From Octopus bimaculoides (lineage: Eukaryota), in the NCBI RefSeq assembly GCF_001194135.2, contig NC_068992.1, forward strand, positions 45,281,431 through 45,345,430: a stretch of 64,000 nt of DNA. The letters are read 5' to 3'. Positions within the stretch are counted from its first letter, which is position 1; each line of letters opens with the position of its first letter. Position numbers and translations under genes: made by a program. Under the pieces are notes generated by a model, which saw only the letters and a program-made list of their open reading frames with translations, did not search any database and had not been told where the DNA came from. Of the stretch, positions 40,091-53,824 are shown in pieces.

Positions 40091-41009
40091 GTGTGTGTTT
40101 GTACATGTGCATGGCATAATTACTTCAACTGACGCAAACAGTAATGACATCTTTTGAAAAAAGAATATTAATAAAGAAGACATAATTAATCCTACTTGGG
40201 AATTTTTAATCATTAAATTTATATAAAAGAATGCAGCCAGGAGAGATAATAATTTTTCTTTGTAAAATGTGGAAAAGCGGTTACAAAGATTTATATCGAT
40301 GAGAATGCGGTGGGTTAAACAGCAACAATATTTTACAAAAGAGAAAGAAACCACAGTAAATAAACATATAAATAGAAACTGGATGATGTTTATGAGATAT
40401 TAATCAAAAATTACTTCTACTGACAAATTTCTAATCATAATGTTTATTAATGGAGAATAATGTAACAAAAACAAAGGCATGAAGATATCAGTAGAATTCT
40501 GTTTCGAGAGGGCATCTGTGTCTTACCACTACATAACCATCTAAAAGAATTAGCGAACCCATGATGCTATCAGGTCTAATGCGCTTGCGAGTGACTGCTA
40601 TGGTTTCTCCTTCGAAAAGTTTTGCTTTGGAGAATGAAATGCGGATTTAAGGTCAGTAGAGAAACGATTTGTTGCACTGGATTGTACTTTCTCGTTTCCT
40701 GTTTTCAGAGTGTCTACCAACAGTTTCTGCTAATCTTTCTCTTTATATTCTCTTCATAACACTGAATGCGTTCGTCTACCCCTGTGCTCAATATGACACC
40801 CTATTCTTTAAGTGTCTCTTGCTCCTGTTCCGTGATGTAAAGCAGAATCCAGGAAACGAAAATCATTAAACGAATTGTCATATTTCATAATATTGACCAA
40901 TATGCGTGCATATGTATGATAGTATGTACAAGCTGTCAACGAGCATAGTAAAAAGAAAACAAAGAAAAGAAAAATGAAAGGGAAAAAGAATATGGCAATC
41001 AGTGCAAGG

Positions 41010-41925
41010 AGCAGACTGTCTCAGGGGTGGCTTATCTCTTGGCGACTACATACACATCATAAACGAACTGACTGAAAACCAGTAGAATACAATCTCATGC
41101 CGTCGCTAATGTTAATCAATTCCAATAAAGTTTTCGATTCAATAAAATAGGAACTGTGTTGAACTCACTAAATTGTTGAACAAATCTTGTTTCTGGTGAA
41201 GTTATCTACAGTCACTGAGAGAGCGTTTACATTCAAATAGGTAATGGTATACAACAAAAAGACACAATTTTACTCAAATATTTTACAAGATGCATGAAAA
41301 TCTTCAAAATACAAGAAATAAATATCAATTGAAACAATGTATATAATTTAAGATTTGCGGATGACATCTTACTAAAGATGATAGTCTAGAATAGAGAGAG
41401 ATAAAACCGAGGGTTTGAGTGAATGAAACTAGACCTTTTGAATGGAAATATAAATATAACTAAAAAGAAAAAAAAAAGAAAAATCATAATCAATCTCGAA
41501 GTGACATCAAAATTGGTTACAGCGTCGGAGAATGAAATATAAGTTGAAAATGGTGTACACTCAGGATAAAGAATTACTGTGAAAGAAAAAGACAAAGAGA
41601 GAGAAATGAAAGGAGATTAATAGTTGGACAGGCCTCTTTCATCAAACGTAAATATGTTATGAAATCAAATCTCGTAGGCTGTCTACAAAGACAAATATAC
41701 ATAGCACTAGCAGTCGATTACGAAATCAAAAATGTGGACTGGAACAGCAGAAATAAAGAAGAAACTGGCTGTGTGCCAACAGCAAGCAATAAGATCAATG
41801 CTTGACATATATAAAGACAGCGACAAAGAAACGAATGAGTAAACGGGCGAAAGTAGATGATAGTATGAGGTTGTATAAAAAGACCAACAGGACATGGACA
41901 TATGGCCGTAAACCGTGAAAAGGGA
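41010..41925 (+). mobile_element. RTE-clade LINE RT/thumb remnant
   Basis: Ordered motifs across frameshifts: EQT, DYIHIINEL, LMLINSNKVFDSIK (D.EKAFDS), GNGIQQKDTILLKYFT (GVRQGDTISPKLFT), NLRFADDI, WTGTAEIKKKLAVCQQQAIRSML. Confidence 0.75.
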
Positions 41926-41942
41926 AATTAATAATAATAATA

Positions 41943-42750
41943 CTCTCAGTATGAGCAAGAAGCTCAATCTCAAGCGATGAAAACAAACAGCCTGCGAAAA
42001 GATGTATATGGGGTGAAGTTGTTGGAAAAATGTTGAGTCTGTGGTATTTGGAATGAGAGAGTGGCACACTTTGTTGCAGAACGTCCCAATTTGGACCAGA
42101 GAGAATATAAGATATGGAGGTATGACCAAGTTGTGAAAGTTTTACACTAGAAGCTTTGTCTAAAGTGGAGATATGAAGCTGGAGGTACATGGTATGAGCA
42201 TCTGATCGAAAGAGTGCTGACGTCGGAGAAATGCAAACTTGCATGGGATTTTCGTATCCTAACAGATAATTAGCTAGAAAATATACGCCTGACATTACAA
42301 TGATATGTTATGAGGAAAAGCGAAGTTGCTTACTAATTCCAGGTTTGATTCCAGGCTTATAAAGAAAGAGGATGAAAAATTAGAAAAGTACAATCTCTTA
42401 GAATTTGAAATCGCAAGAATTTGGAGTATAAAAATTGTAAATGTTGCGCCTGTAATAATTGATGCATTGAGAGCTGTAAGGAAAGATATAGACAAATGGT
42501 CGATGGAAATTGGAATAGAATGCTCAGTAGAGCTTTTACAGAAAGTTTGCCTCTTAGGGACAGGAAAGATTACCAGGAGGGTTTTAAGTACTTGAGAGAC
42601 TATTGGAATCTTATGGATTCCTAAAGTTGCAGGTAGTAACCTGCTAGCCACATAAATACTACCAGGAATAAGAACGAACCTGAGTCAAGTCAATCAATAA
42701 TAATAATAATAGTAATAATATCTATATTACCATAATTATTATTATTATTA
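41943..42750 (+). mobile_element. Dong/R4-clade non-LTR retrotransposon, 5'-truncated (CCHC finger plus RLE), with 3' UTR and (TAA)n tail
   Basis: EAQSQAMKTNSL...KC*VCG..NERVAHFVAE..NL.QREYK..YDQV...LH*KLC...WYEH..ERVL..EKCKLAWDFRILTD, then KEDEKLEKY..L..EIARIW.....V.PVII.AL.AV.......LLQKVCLLGTGKITRRVLST*. The tail starts at ~42695. Confidence 0.9.
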
Positions 42751-43265
42751 TTTTTTGGTGGTGGCGTGGTTGATTCTATTATATAAGCTGAGATGAGAAA
42801 CAGTGTGCCATTTTTCAAAAAAGTATTCAGAACTGTTTCAACGATGATATGAAGTCGACACTAATGTTTTTGTCCTTGCCAAAGGATTCGTAACGAAGTC
42901 TGTTAAAATAGAAACTTAACAGCTCAATGTAAGCTGTTCTGTCAAAGTTGCTGAAAAGATTCAGAAAGCATACGAAAAAACAGTCAGAAGGCATACGACA
43001 CAAAATAATATTAAAGCAATTCTCTCCCTTATATATTTCGTTTTTGAACCATTCTAAGTCTCCTGTACGAGAATTAGTGTCAAAGATGGCAAACCACATT
43101 GAAGGTTTAAAAAAAATCCATCAATCGTTGAGGTAACTAAATTGTATTGATTCTCTAGATTGCTCATCAAACATTGATTGGCCTGTCTTAAAATTCATTT
43201 ATCAAATATTATTAATAATATTAATAATATTAATAATTATAATAATAATAATAATAATGATAATA

Positions 43266-43320
<55 letters not shown>

Positions 43321-43358
43321 CAATAACAATATTAATGTCTATGATTATGATGTTTATG

Positions 43359-43401
<43 letters not shown>

Positions 43402-43411
43402 NNNNNNNNNN

Positions 43412-43450
<39 letters not shown>

Positions 43451-43604
43451 TATTATTATAGGTTTTCTTACAAGTCCTGAACAAACAGAATTGAACATGA
43501 ACGGTCCAGTAACTGAATTTATTTATTACTTGTTTCTGTGTGTGCTTGTGTATGTGTACGTTTGTACAGAGATAGAGAGAAAGAGGGAGAGAGAGAAAGA
43601 GGGG

Positions 43605-43639
<35 letters not shown>

Positions 43640-45043
43640 AAGAGAGAGAGAGTGAATATGTGTGTGTATTGCGTGTGTGTATGTGTGTGAGAGAAAATGA
43701 TGGTCATAAAGAGAGAGGTGGTTCCAATATAAAAAGATAAATAAATTATTAAGAAGTGGATGAAAATAGGAAACGACAGAAAACAAAACATTGAGAAAGA
43801 AAGAGAGATTAAAAGGAATTGGGAAAGTTGGTGAGATTTTGTGTATCTTAAAAATAAGACAATCGATTGATCTGAACAATCTCTAGTTCAGCCCTTATCC
43901 ATTGGCAGCTGACAGTGAATTCAATCATATCGTGTATAATTGTTGCTATTATCTCTATTGTTGATTTTGTTGATGTTGTGGTTGATATTAATGTTATTGT
44001 TGTGCTTTAATAGTTATATCAATGCTTTATGTCATAATATTTGCGTTGTGCTTTGTTTATAACTCATCGCTTTCATGACTAGAGACGCTATGCTGAATAT
44101 GGCGTCGCCAGAAATAACTTATCTTGCTTGTGAAGCAGCCATTACATCGATTCCCTAACATTCCACCGTCCACCGTCCAACCTGCGATCCCAAACCGGTG
44201 TGGTAGTGGGGGCCAGCAGTTGATCTCCAGTGTGGTGTCTATTTTTAGGCATCGTTACGCTTCTTGGCTCTTTGTGTGTATGTATGTGCATGTATAGATT
44301 ATATATATACATAGACACATAGACACATAGACACATACACACACTAATATATATATAAATGCGCGCGTGCGTGTGTGTATGTATGTGCATGTATAGATTA
44401 TATATATACATAGACACATAGACACATANNNNNNNNNNNNNNNNNNNNNNNNNNNNNNNNNNNNNNNNNNNNNNNNNNNNNNNNNNNNNNNNNNNNNNNN
44501 NNNNNNNNNNNNNNNNNNNNNNNNNNNNNNNNNNNNNNNNNNNNNNNNNNNNNNNNNNNNNNNNNNNNTAAATCCATAGAATATTCAATGATTAGTCTGC
44601 CGTTACATTCTTCCGGACTTGCAGACGACATATTTTGTTGAATAACCAATATATCCATGTTTTTGCTGGTAAACTTTACTTATATAAATGATTAAATTTC
44701 TTTACCACAACAATCTTTCTGTAATGTTCACATAAGAACAGTGTGTTGGTAGAAATAGCCGAGTGCCGAATAAAATGCAGATGAATATTTAGTTTTGTAA
44801 TACCATGTTTTGCACTCTCATCCTCTACGGGTTGATTACATTGGTTCCACAGAGCACAGCTCATACCCGTATCGACTATCTCAATAAGGCTTCGCTTTTC
44901 CATATTATATCCCATTTAATGCTAAATTCAATCCCGCTTTCCTTCAGTTCCCAAATCTTGCTAGATAAGGACGTACAATTGGCTTTATGTCTGACTCTAG
45001 AAGATAAAAGATGGTTATTGATACGTTTTTTCATATTTATCGA

Positions 45044-45095
<52 letters not shown>

Positions 45096-45509
45096 TAAAT
45101 TTACCAACCTCAGTTATAATTGTACGTTTATAAATTGCGTTTTGGATTAGGTATCGGCCTAATAACGAACAGTGGGATGTAACTCAACAAAAAATTACCC
45201 ACATTTCGCAACTTTAATTCCACATAAAATGAGATTCTTTAATTTACGAGATAATGTAATTGGTTGATCATAAACTTCAGAGTTGCATTGATACATTAAA
45301 TTTGAAAGCAATCTGAGCAAAATTAAAGGGGTCTCATTTTGCGAATGAGAAAGACAAGATTCTGAATATGTAACAATCTTTTATCAGATTGTTTGATTGT
45401 ATACATTTCTAACTGTGTTCTTCCTGAATATCTTTATATCTATCACGCATTAAGTCTCCAGTACTTATTTATTCTTTTAAAACTTGATACTTATTCTAAT
45501 TTTTTCTTA

Positions 45510-45581
45510 TCCAGAACCGCTCAGTTACAGGGAATAAACACAATGGGGACAAACACAGACACAAAGACACACGCGCACACG

Positions 45582-45630
<49 letters not shown>

Positions 45631-45760
45631 GTATATATGCGATGGGCTCCTTTCCGTTCCCGTCTAACAAATCCACGGTTTGCTCAGCTCAAGGTTATAG
45701 TAGAAGACGCTTGGTGAAGGTGCCATGCAGTTGGACTTAATCTGAAATCATGGGAAGCAT
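45510..45760 (-). mobile_element. SINE family A, degenerate copy with internal (CA)n
   Basis: gaaccgctcagttacaggga (3'-module remnant), then (CA)n, then gatgggctcctttccgttcccgtc...ttatagtagaagacgcttggtgaaggtgccatgcag (head and CORE). Confidence 0.7.
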
Positions 45761-45810
45761 ACACGCACACACGAATGCGAAACTGAATATTACCATACTG
45801 TGCTTCCATT

Positions 45811-45894
<84 letters not shown>

Positions 45895-45939
45895 CCTTTC
45901 TTTGTATCTTGCTTTCTTTGTTTCTTGCTTTCTTTGTTT

Positions 45940-45984
<45 letters not shown>

Positions 45985-46140
45985 NNNNNNNNNNNNNNNN
46001 NNNATATATATATATATATATATATATATACGTACGTTGATGTTGAAATTCCAGTGACAGAGACTTGGAGAAAAAAGCAAAACAAGAAAAGAAAATGACA
46101 TACATACATACATGCATACATACATACATGCATACATACA

Positions 46141-46172
<32 letters not shown>

Positions 46173-46292
46173 CAAAAGATCAGTATGCCTGTATTTATAT
46201 ATCCATGAAACCTAAACAGCAAGTCATAATTTTTAGTGCTGTATTTCTTTGAGAATGAAGGTATCATCTACGTCAGAGTTACTGTTGTTGTT

Positions 46293-46342
<50 letters not shown>

Positions 46343-47382
46343 CAGTAATAGCAATATGGTTGAATATAAATCGATTTACCGAAAAATATGGAACTGATAA
46401 CATTGCATATTTCGGCAGGGGACCCTGACACTATCAGTACAATTACGAACAGAAATAAATATAATTTGTATAATAATACAATTTTCCTCTGTTCTCCCAC
46501 ATCTTGTAAAAAGCAATGTACTTTCATCATGGAAGCAAGTGATATAGTTTATGCATTTTGTTTTATATTTCACTTGTTATGTAGATTAGACGTGCAAAAC
46601 TCCGGAAATGACTGGCTCTGTAAGCAGTGACACGAACTTTACTTCGACGGCAACTGTTAAGGAACATTTTGAAGTAAATGTGGAATGTAATATAATTTCC
46701 GAACGACATTTTTTCTCTTCTTCTTCGTTTGTTTATCTCTCGATAATATATTCAGTTTACATCACATGTTCTAGACAAATATCACGTTATGTTGTATTAC
46801 TTTGATATTAGCAGAATCGAAACACGCACTTCGATATCAGATCCCCCACGAGTATGAATAGGAAATAATAGATAGAATACTCGAAATTATTGTAAATTCT
46901 TTGTTCATCTCTAGAGAACATGAAGATAATCAATGGCTGATGATTTTTTCAGCACTTTATATATAATCTGTGTGTAGGGTGTTTGAGTTTTTCTTTTTTC
47001 CACTACATATGATCTAAAATAGTTTGATTCACGCACTTCAGTGTATCCTACCGCATCTGAACATGTTCTAAACATATCTTCATAAACATCAATATATATG
47101 CGTGTGTATGTGTTTGTGTGTGTGTGATTTGAGAGAAGGAACTATTCTACTAATCATTTTATATTTATCTGAAGAACAACTCTATATTCTTAAAGTATTT
47201 TCTGTTATATTCTTAAAATATTTTCTGCTAGTTTGAATAGTTCAGTAAACACACGATCACACACTCACGCATGTGCGCACGCACACGCAGAAATTTATAC
47301 AAACATACATACGTATATATTCATATAATATATATACATATATACATACACATACAAATACGCTCACACACAAATACACACA

Positions 47383-47414
47383 TACGAGGGGAAGTAAAAA
47401 TTATCCGCAATTTC
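47383..47414 (+). mobile_element. Isolated mariner-like terminus
   Basis: TA-cgaggggaagtaaaaattatccgc resembles the TA-CGAGG...AAAA.TATCCG mariner TIR also seen at 57638. No partner TIR found. Confidence 0.3.
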
Positions 47415-47744
47415 ACCATAACATATCTTTATTATTGTCACACTGCCTTCTGCGCATGCGTGCTTATAATTGGTATTATTCTGGTCACGTGATCGAAGTT
47501 TGAGTCTGATGGTACCGTTGTAGCATGACTTACTCCTTTATGTTTCTAACTAGAATAACTTTCAGTATCCAATAACATTCTATCGCGTACTTGTTCACAT
47601 ACATTTGACATATTCATTTAAGTTTTAGGAAATATTCTTGTTCACATTTCGTCAAACACGAAATATCCCAGGTTAGATTTCTCACATTCATTGATTCCTG
47701 AATCATGAAGATTCAATTCGATGAGGTCAACATATGTCAGTAAT

Positions 47745-47930
47745 AGATTAAGGTGTAGTGAGAGGCTAAGGTGGAGTGAGTGTTTAGATATGAGTAGGAG
47801 ATTAAAAAGTAGTGGTGGTTTAAAGTATAGTATTGTTTAAGGTGTAGTAGTGTTGAAGGTATAGTGGCGGGTCAAGGTGTTCGGGGAAGTTAAAGTGTGA
47901 TGCAAGTTTAAGGCTAGAGCTTCACTATCA
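47745..47930. repeat. Degenerate minisatellite, ~20-nt unit (taaggtgtagtg...)
   Basis: Recurring taaggtgtagtg, taaggtggagtg, taaagtatagta, taaggtgtagta and gaaggtatagtg. Confidence 0.6.
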
Positions 47931-48799
47931 GTAGGGCATGGTCGGTTGTCGTGATAATTGTATTTTTTTAGAGAATGAAGTGGGCGAAACGACAGTGGAT
48001 TGGAAAATGTTAAAAGTTTGATGGTCCGCCTCCAACAATATTAAAGGGCAGTGGTAGGGTCCTTACTGGGATTAGGTTGCTAATAAGGATCTTATTACTG
48101 TAGAAGAAGCATGAAGACTACAAATTAATTTCAGCAAATGAAGACTAAACAAATATAAAAAGTAATACAGCTCTCAACTAATTCGATTACAGCGTGGAAG
48201 ACAAATATTAGTCATTCAGACACACACAAAGACTATTAACTTCACTTAAACAACCCTACTGCCTGATTAGTATAGTTTTTTTTTCATCTGTCATTGTTGT
48301 TCACTTTAACCCCTAGGGTTCGGTAAATTACGTAATGGTCACATATACGATATACTTATTTGAGAACGTCCTTGGGGATATTTATGGATGTTCTATTGTA
48401 GCAAACTAATAATGTGTATTTTGATAATTATAAATGTAATTAGAAGTCTCAGTGTTTTTCTCACTAGTGAATAAGATTAAGTTGATGAGATATATTTTTT
48501 TCCCGGAATATGACGTTAGTCGAAAACTCGTTCAATACTCTGATAACATGACGCCAAGTCTCCAAATCGAACTAAGTTAACTGTCACATGTTGTAGAAAA
48601 TAATATGCCTAGTTCTATTATTATGAAGAAACGCCTCTAATGGAATTGAATCTGCTTCCTTTGTATGGAGATGTAAATAATACATGATTTTCTTGGATAA
48701 AATATCTTTGATACACTCAAATGAAAATACTAATTATTCATGAAAGATACACGTCACTGTCAAGAGAGAATATAAATAGCAAGATATTTGTGAGGACAT

Positions 48800-48985
48800 T
48801 GAGGCCAGTTGGCAGAAGTGCTACTATATCGCAAAAATTGAACAACACCGCTAAGAGTTTACTTTTATAGACGTCTCTAGGATTTATAGAATAGAATATC
48901 TGTTAACTTGTGTGTTCAACAGCATCGACTAAAACTCTTCCTTCCAAAATTGCTGACCTTGTGCATAAATTAGAAGCCATTATTT
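48800..48985 (+). mobile_element. Very degenerate SINE family B copy
   Basis: The head gaggccagttggcagaa and the tail atcgact...ccttccaaaattgctgaccttgtgcataaattagaagccattatt match the ends of family B. Confidence 0.45.
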
Positions 48986-51501
48986 AGTAACTATTGTTAG
49001 TAATCTCCACATTTTTATATCGTGAAAGTACTCGATACAATCAGATATAATATATTACCAACACTAACATTCTTTTGTGATCAGGAGTACGACAAGTAAA
49101 AGCAAGTCCACTAATATTTGGTCTTACTGTATAGATAATAAATGTATTTGGAAAACAACTTATGTCATTGCTATAGAACTTATGACGTTTCACAAGCTCT
49201 TAGTTATTTAATAAATGTATCCTCTGAAGAGCACAGTTATTAAGTAACTAAATATATTGACCCACAGAGATATATCATTTCTCACAATTTCTTGTAAAAC
49301 GCCATGGTCATCTCTCAAATTCCAAGTCTTAAATTTCATATGTTAATATAAGAAAATATATTAAAGTTTATACTGAAGTTTGTTGCAGTTTGCAGCTCTT
49401 ACTCAACAGCAGAATAATAAAAGAATCTAGGGCAACGTTTAGAAAATGGCATAATTTGGCTGGAGAATCAAGAATATTAATATAATAGAATAACACACAT
49501 AAAATTCCTACTTCTCAACGATTTTCAGAAAATTTGAATTGCAATAGAAAACGATATATCAAGCTAAGTGTATGCAATAATATTTGTATTGATAAGATTC
49601 TGTGTGCATGGAATTCTAATAGTAATCTCCAGATAGACATTTCCAACTCGGTTGATAATGACTAACAAATAATGTATTCCCAACTGATCTTCAAAGCTGA
49701 TTTAAGGTAAGAATAAAACAATAAATTTTAGAACTGCCTTCCTTTCGTTTTATTTGACTTTGAAGTAGATTCAGGGGAAATGGCACTACTGCAGTTTAGC
49801 GAAGCTATTTAAACGAAATACCAGAAGGATTCTTTCGATTTAACTTCTTCATTATTTTCTTGAAAATTTAGCTACAGTCAAATTATTGGCAATTCAAAAG
49901 AAAATACAGCCCTATATTAGTTTCAAAAGCGAGTGCGCAAAATCGAATAACATACACTGCTGTAGTTTTAAACATGAGATTAAAATAATCGAAAAGATGA
50001 ATACATTCCATGTAAAAATATTCTATTCAATTCCAGCTACGCTAATAAAAAATATATAAACAAGAATTTTTGCTTGGAAATGGAACAAAAATCTATTAGG
50101 TTTGTGACAGTTGCATAAATTTGTAAAGGTACAGAATTCGTTGATTATGTATGTATGTATGTATGTATGTATATATGTATATATGTATATATATATATAA
50201 CCCCTTCTAACATCACTACTAACAGCATGCAGTTTACGTTCCCGGCATGAGGAAAACATCTAGCAAGCGCCCTCAAAACGTTTTTCGCCTTTTATATTAT
50301 ATGTGTATAATGTAATAATTTGATACTGCATGGGCTGAGATCACCGTTGACAAGCCACTATTTCATGTAAACATATTTGGATGATCAAAGTGTGATGTCA
50401 CTTTAATATAGGGGTTAGAAAAGCTATAATGATTATGGCGGCAGATACTTCTTCCGAATCCTGTAGGCTAGTCTAAAATGTTTTATTTTCACACACACAC
50501 ATACACAAATACACACACATAGTGAAGCACACATAGTGAAGCACACATACAGAGAAAAACACACACATACGCTCTCTCTATCTCCCACACAAACACTTAC
50601 ATTCACACAAATATATATTACATATAAAACAAATACTGTCTTCAGCTGTGTGTGTTTTAAGAAAATGAAAATATTTCTCGTGGGTTCTTCATAATTTCTT
50701 GCCAATATAAATTTACATTAACCTATAAATGCATTGTTTTAAAGACAGAAGTCATACATGAAAGAACGTTGAAAGCAAAATCGCGGCTCAGTAAATATTT
50801 TGTGCATGTGACTATGTAGAATCGCAAACAGCAGATATAAAAGCATTAAAACAACAAGAAACAAAGATAGGCAATAGACTTTTATACTTTCTTAATCAAC
50901 GATATGGAATTGAGGCAAATTTCATAACATAATCCATTAATGGCTTATAATCGAAGATATGTGAATTAGCATGCCACTAGCATCTGATTGGATGGTGTAG
51001 TATCCTTAATTCCAGAAAGTTAATTCGCTTCCAGCAGAAATCTCTCCCATTTTATTTGTATCTTCATTCTTGTTGTTTTCCCCAACTCTCTCTCTCTTCT
51101 TTTTTTTTTTCATATGCACACCTAGCTAGCAACAGGGTACGGAACGATGTAAGATTTCGGCGGTCGTAGAACAAACGCGGAAGAGGCGAAGTGGTATGGG
51201 GGGAACAAAAGACGAATAACGCTAGACTGAATGGAATGGTAATTAGATCACACAATCAGACATTGAAATGAGGAGGAGGAGGAGTGGGAGCCGATACACA
51301 TGGTGATACGCTAATGAAATTAATCAGTGATGTTTCTTTTTAATATCTTAGGCTAAGCACGTACATTACTTAGGTGTAAGTATAAATTCGCAGACATAGT
51401 TACGTACATAAACATACATACGTATTAAACAATCAGATATGCATGCATATTACACACATATATACATAAAGGTGTATATATGTATATATGTGTGTGTGTG
51501 C

Positions 51502-51546
<45 letters not shown>

Positions 51547-51655
51547 GATAAATATATTACATTTATATANNNNNNNNNNNNNNNNNNNNNNNNNNNNNNN
51601 NNNNNNNNNNNNNNNNNNTATATATATATATATACATATATACATACACACACAT

Positions 51656-51707
<52 letters not shown>

Positions 51708-51725
51708 ATTGATAGGCAACGCAAC

Positions 51726-51921
51726 GAGCTGGCAGAATTGTTAGCACACCGGGCGGGCAAAATGTTTAGTGTCATTTCGTCCGTCTTTTCGTTCTAATTC
51801 CACCTAGGTCAGCTTTGCCTTTCGTGGCTTCGGGGTCGATAAAATAAGTGACATTAAAGTTCTGTTGTCTATGTAATCGATTTGCCTCCACCCTCGAAAT
51901 TGCTGGCCTTGTGCCAAAATT
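51726..51921 (+). mobile_element. SINE family B (Meta-like)
   Basis: gagctggcagaattgttagcacaccgggc...aattccacctaggtcagctttgcctttc...ggggtcgataaaataagt...aaattgctggccttgtgccaaaatt. Confidence 0.8.
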
Positions 51922-52806
51922 TCTCATGGTAAAGTTTCAATGTATATCCGGAAAGATGTCACGTAGTTATCAAAGAATGAAATGAGCTTGTAATTCCTGC
52001 ATATTTTCCCAATGCAAGTACGTCATTCTACTTCGAAAGTTTTCCAACCTAATTGGCAGAAATGTTATTGCCATTTGGGCAGGCAGCATTAATTAGTGGA
52101 CAAGATAGCGATCTTTTGTCTTTTATAACGATGACTAGTTGGTTCACTCTAATCCTCTTGTTTGTATATATTTTCATATTATAGAGAATCTCATAATTTT
52201 CATTTTTCATCAAAGGCGTTGGGACAGAAATAGAATATTTTTCTACGCTTGGAGCCTTAATTTTCTTGATTTTATTCCAGTGAAGGTATGTAGCAGCCTA
52301 TGGTGTCTTCTAAGATATTTTTATACCGCTAGTAAGGAGCAACTACCCAAATTTTCACTGATAATCGCATCAACTCGGCACAGATATAGATAAGACGGGG
52401 GATTTAAAGCTGACATTAGAGCTTGGTAATGTTTAAGCCCCTTTTTTCTGTACAGTTCACTTTTCGCATTTAACCACAAAGTAAGTAATCAATTCTACCC
52501 GTCAAGGATTCTTTAAACCAATAGCTTCCATTGCCGCTGCCTGTAGCGTTAAAATGACAGGTCAGTTGGTTGACAGTACGTTGGTGTAACGTATGCTACT
52601 TTATCTCACTACAGGCGCACGAACCACGCATTTATACCGCAGTGTTGATGTTTCACACCGCAGGAAATCACCCAAACGCCATAGTAACTTTATTGACTGA
52701 CAGTGTGATAGTTACTGCCAGACTCTGATACATTAGTTGCCTTATTTTTTAAACCGCAATATCCTTATTTGGACTATCATTTTACTATCATGTTTCAGAG
52801 TACATG

Positions 52807-52861
<55 letters not shown>

Positions 52862-53436
52862 TGGTTTGGTCCTCCATTCTGTTTATCAATTCAAAGTTTT
52901 TCTTCTCAGTTCAGAATAAAAGATCTAACCAACTGTAACCTTCACATCAGGTATGTTACTCTTAGATATCCTTGTTAACATTGTCTGCAATATTGCATCT
53001 TCTTCGAGGGTATTTGTGAACCAATTAGTATAATGAGCAATACACAAGAAACTCAGAAAAACCAATGTACCAATGGATATATAAGATATTTCTATAATAC
53101 AGACATGCTAATGCCGACTAAATTTCTTTAATGTACATGTACGTCTTGAAAACATAGCAAAACCATCGCATAATAAAACAAAAAGAAGAAATGTCCCATA
53201 GCAATGAGTTAGGAACTTCCTGCTACTGATTTCAAATATCACCACGTATTAACTTTTTCAGGATCAATACATCAAAGTACCAGTCATGTACTGGTATATC
53301 AAATCTACTTTACACCACTTCTCTCACACGAATGCAATTGTTCATATTGTCACAATGATAAACACCGTTTATCTTCGTCATCAACGTCATTGTCGTTGTC
53401 TAATTTGTTTTCCTCATCATTATAGTCATCATCCTC

Positions 53437-53492
<56 letters not shown>

Positions 53493-53493
<1 letters not shown>

Positions 53494-53824
53494 CACTATA
53501 GCTCAACGGAACAACCTGCTCGTGAAATTAACGTGCAAGTGGCTGAGTACTCCACAGATACGTGTACACTAAACGTAATTCTCGGGGAGATTCAGCGTGA
53601 CACAGTGACAAGGCTGGCCCTTTTGAAATACAGGTACAACAGAAACAGGAAGAAAGAGTGAGAGAAAGTTGTGGTGAAGGAGTACAGCAGGGTTCGCCAC
53701 CATCCCCTGCCTGAGCCTCGTGGAGCTTTAGGTGTTTTCGCTCAATAAACACTCGTCTGGGAATCGAAACCGCGATCCTATGACCGCGAGTCCGCTGCCC
53801 TAACCACTGGGCCATTGCGCCCCC
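53493..53824 (-). mobile_element. tRNA(Arg)-like SINE family C (resembles the octopus OK SINE) with (ATT)n tail
   Basis: The minus strand reads ggcgcaaTGGCCCAGTGGttagggcagcggactcgcggtcataggatcgcGGTTTCGATTCC, with clear Pol III A and B boxes. About 260 bp of body follow, then the (AAT)n array at 53436-53492. Confidence 0.85.

Noticed and set aside
53760-53824. tRNA-Arg gene
   Set aside because: The A and B boxes are present but it continues into a SINE body with an (ATT)n tail, and I could not form a proper acceptor stem.
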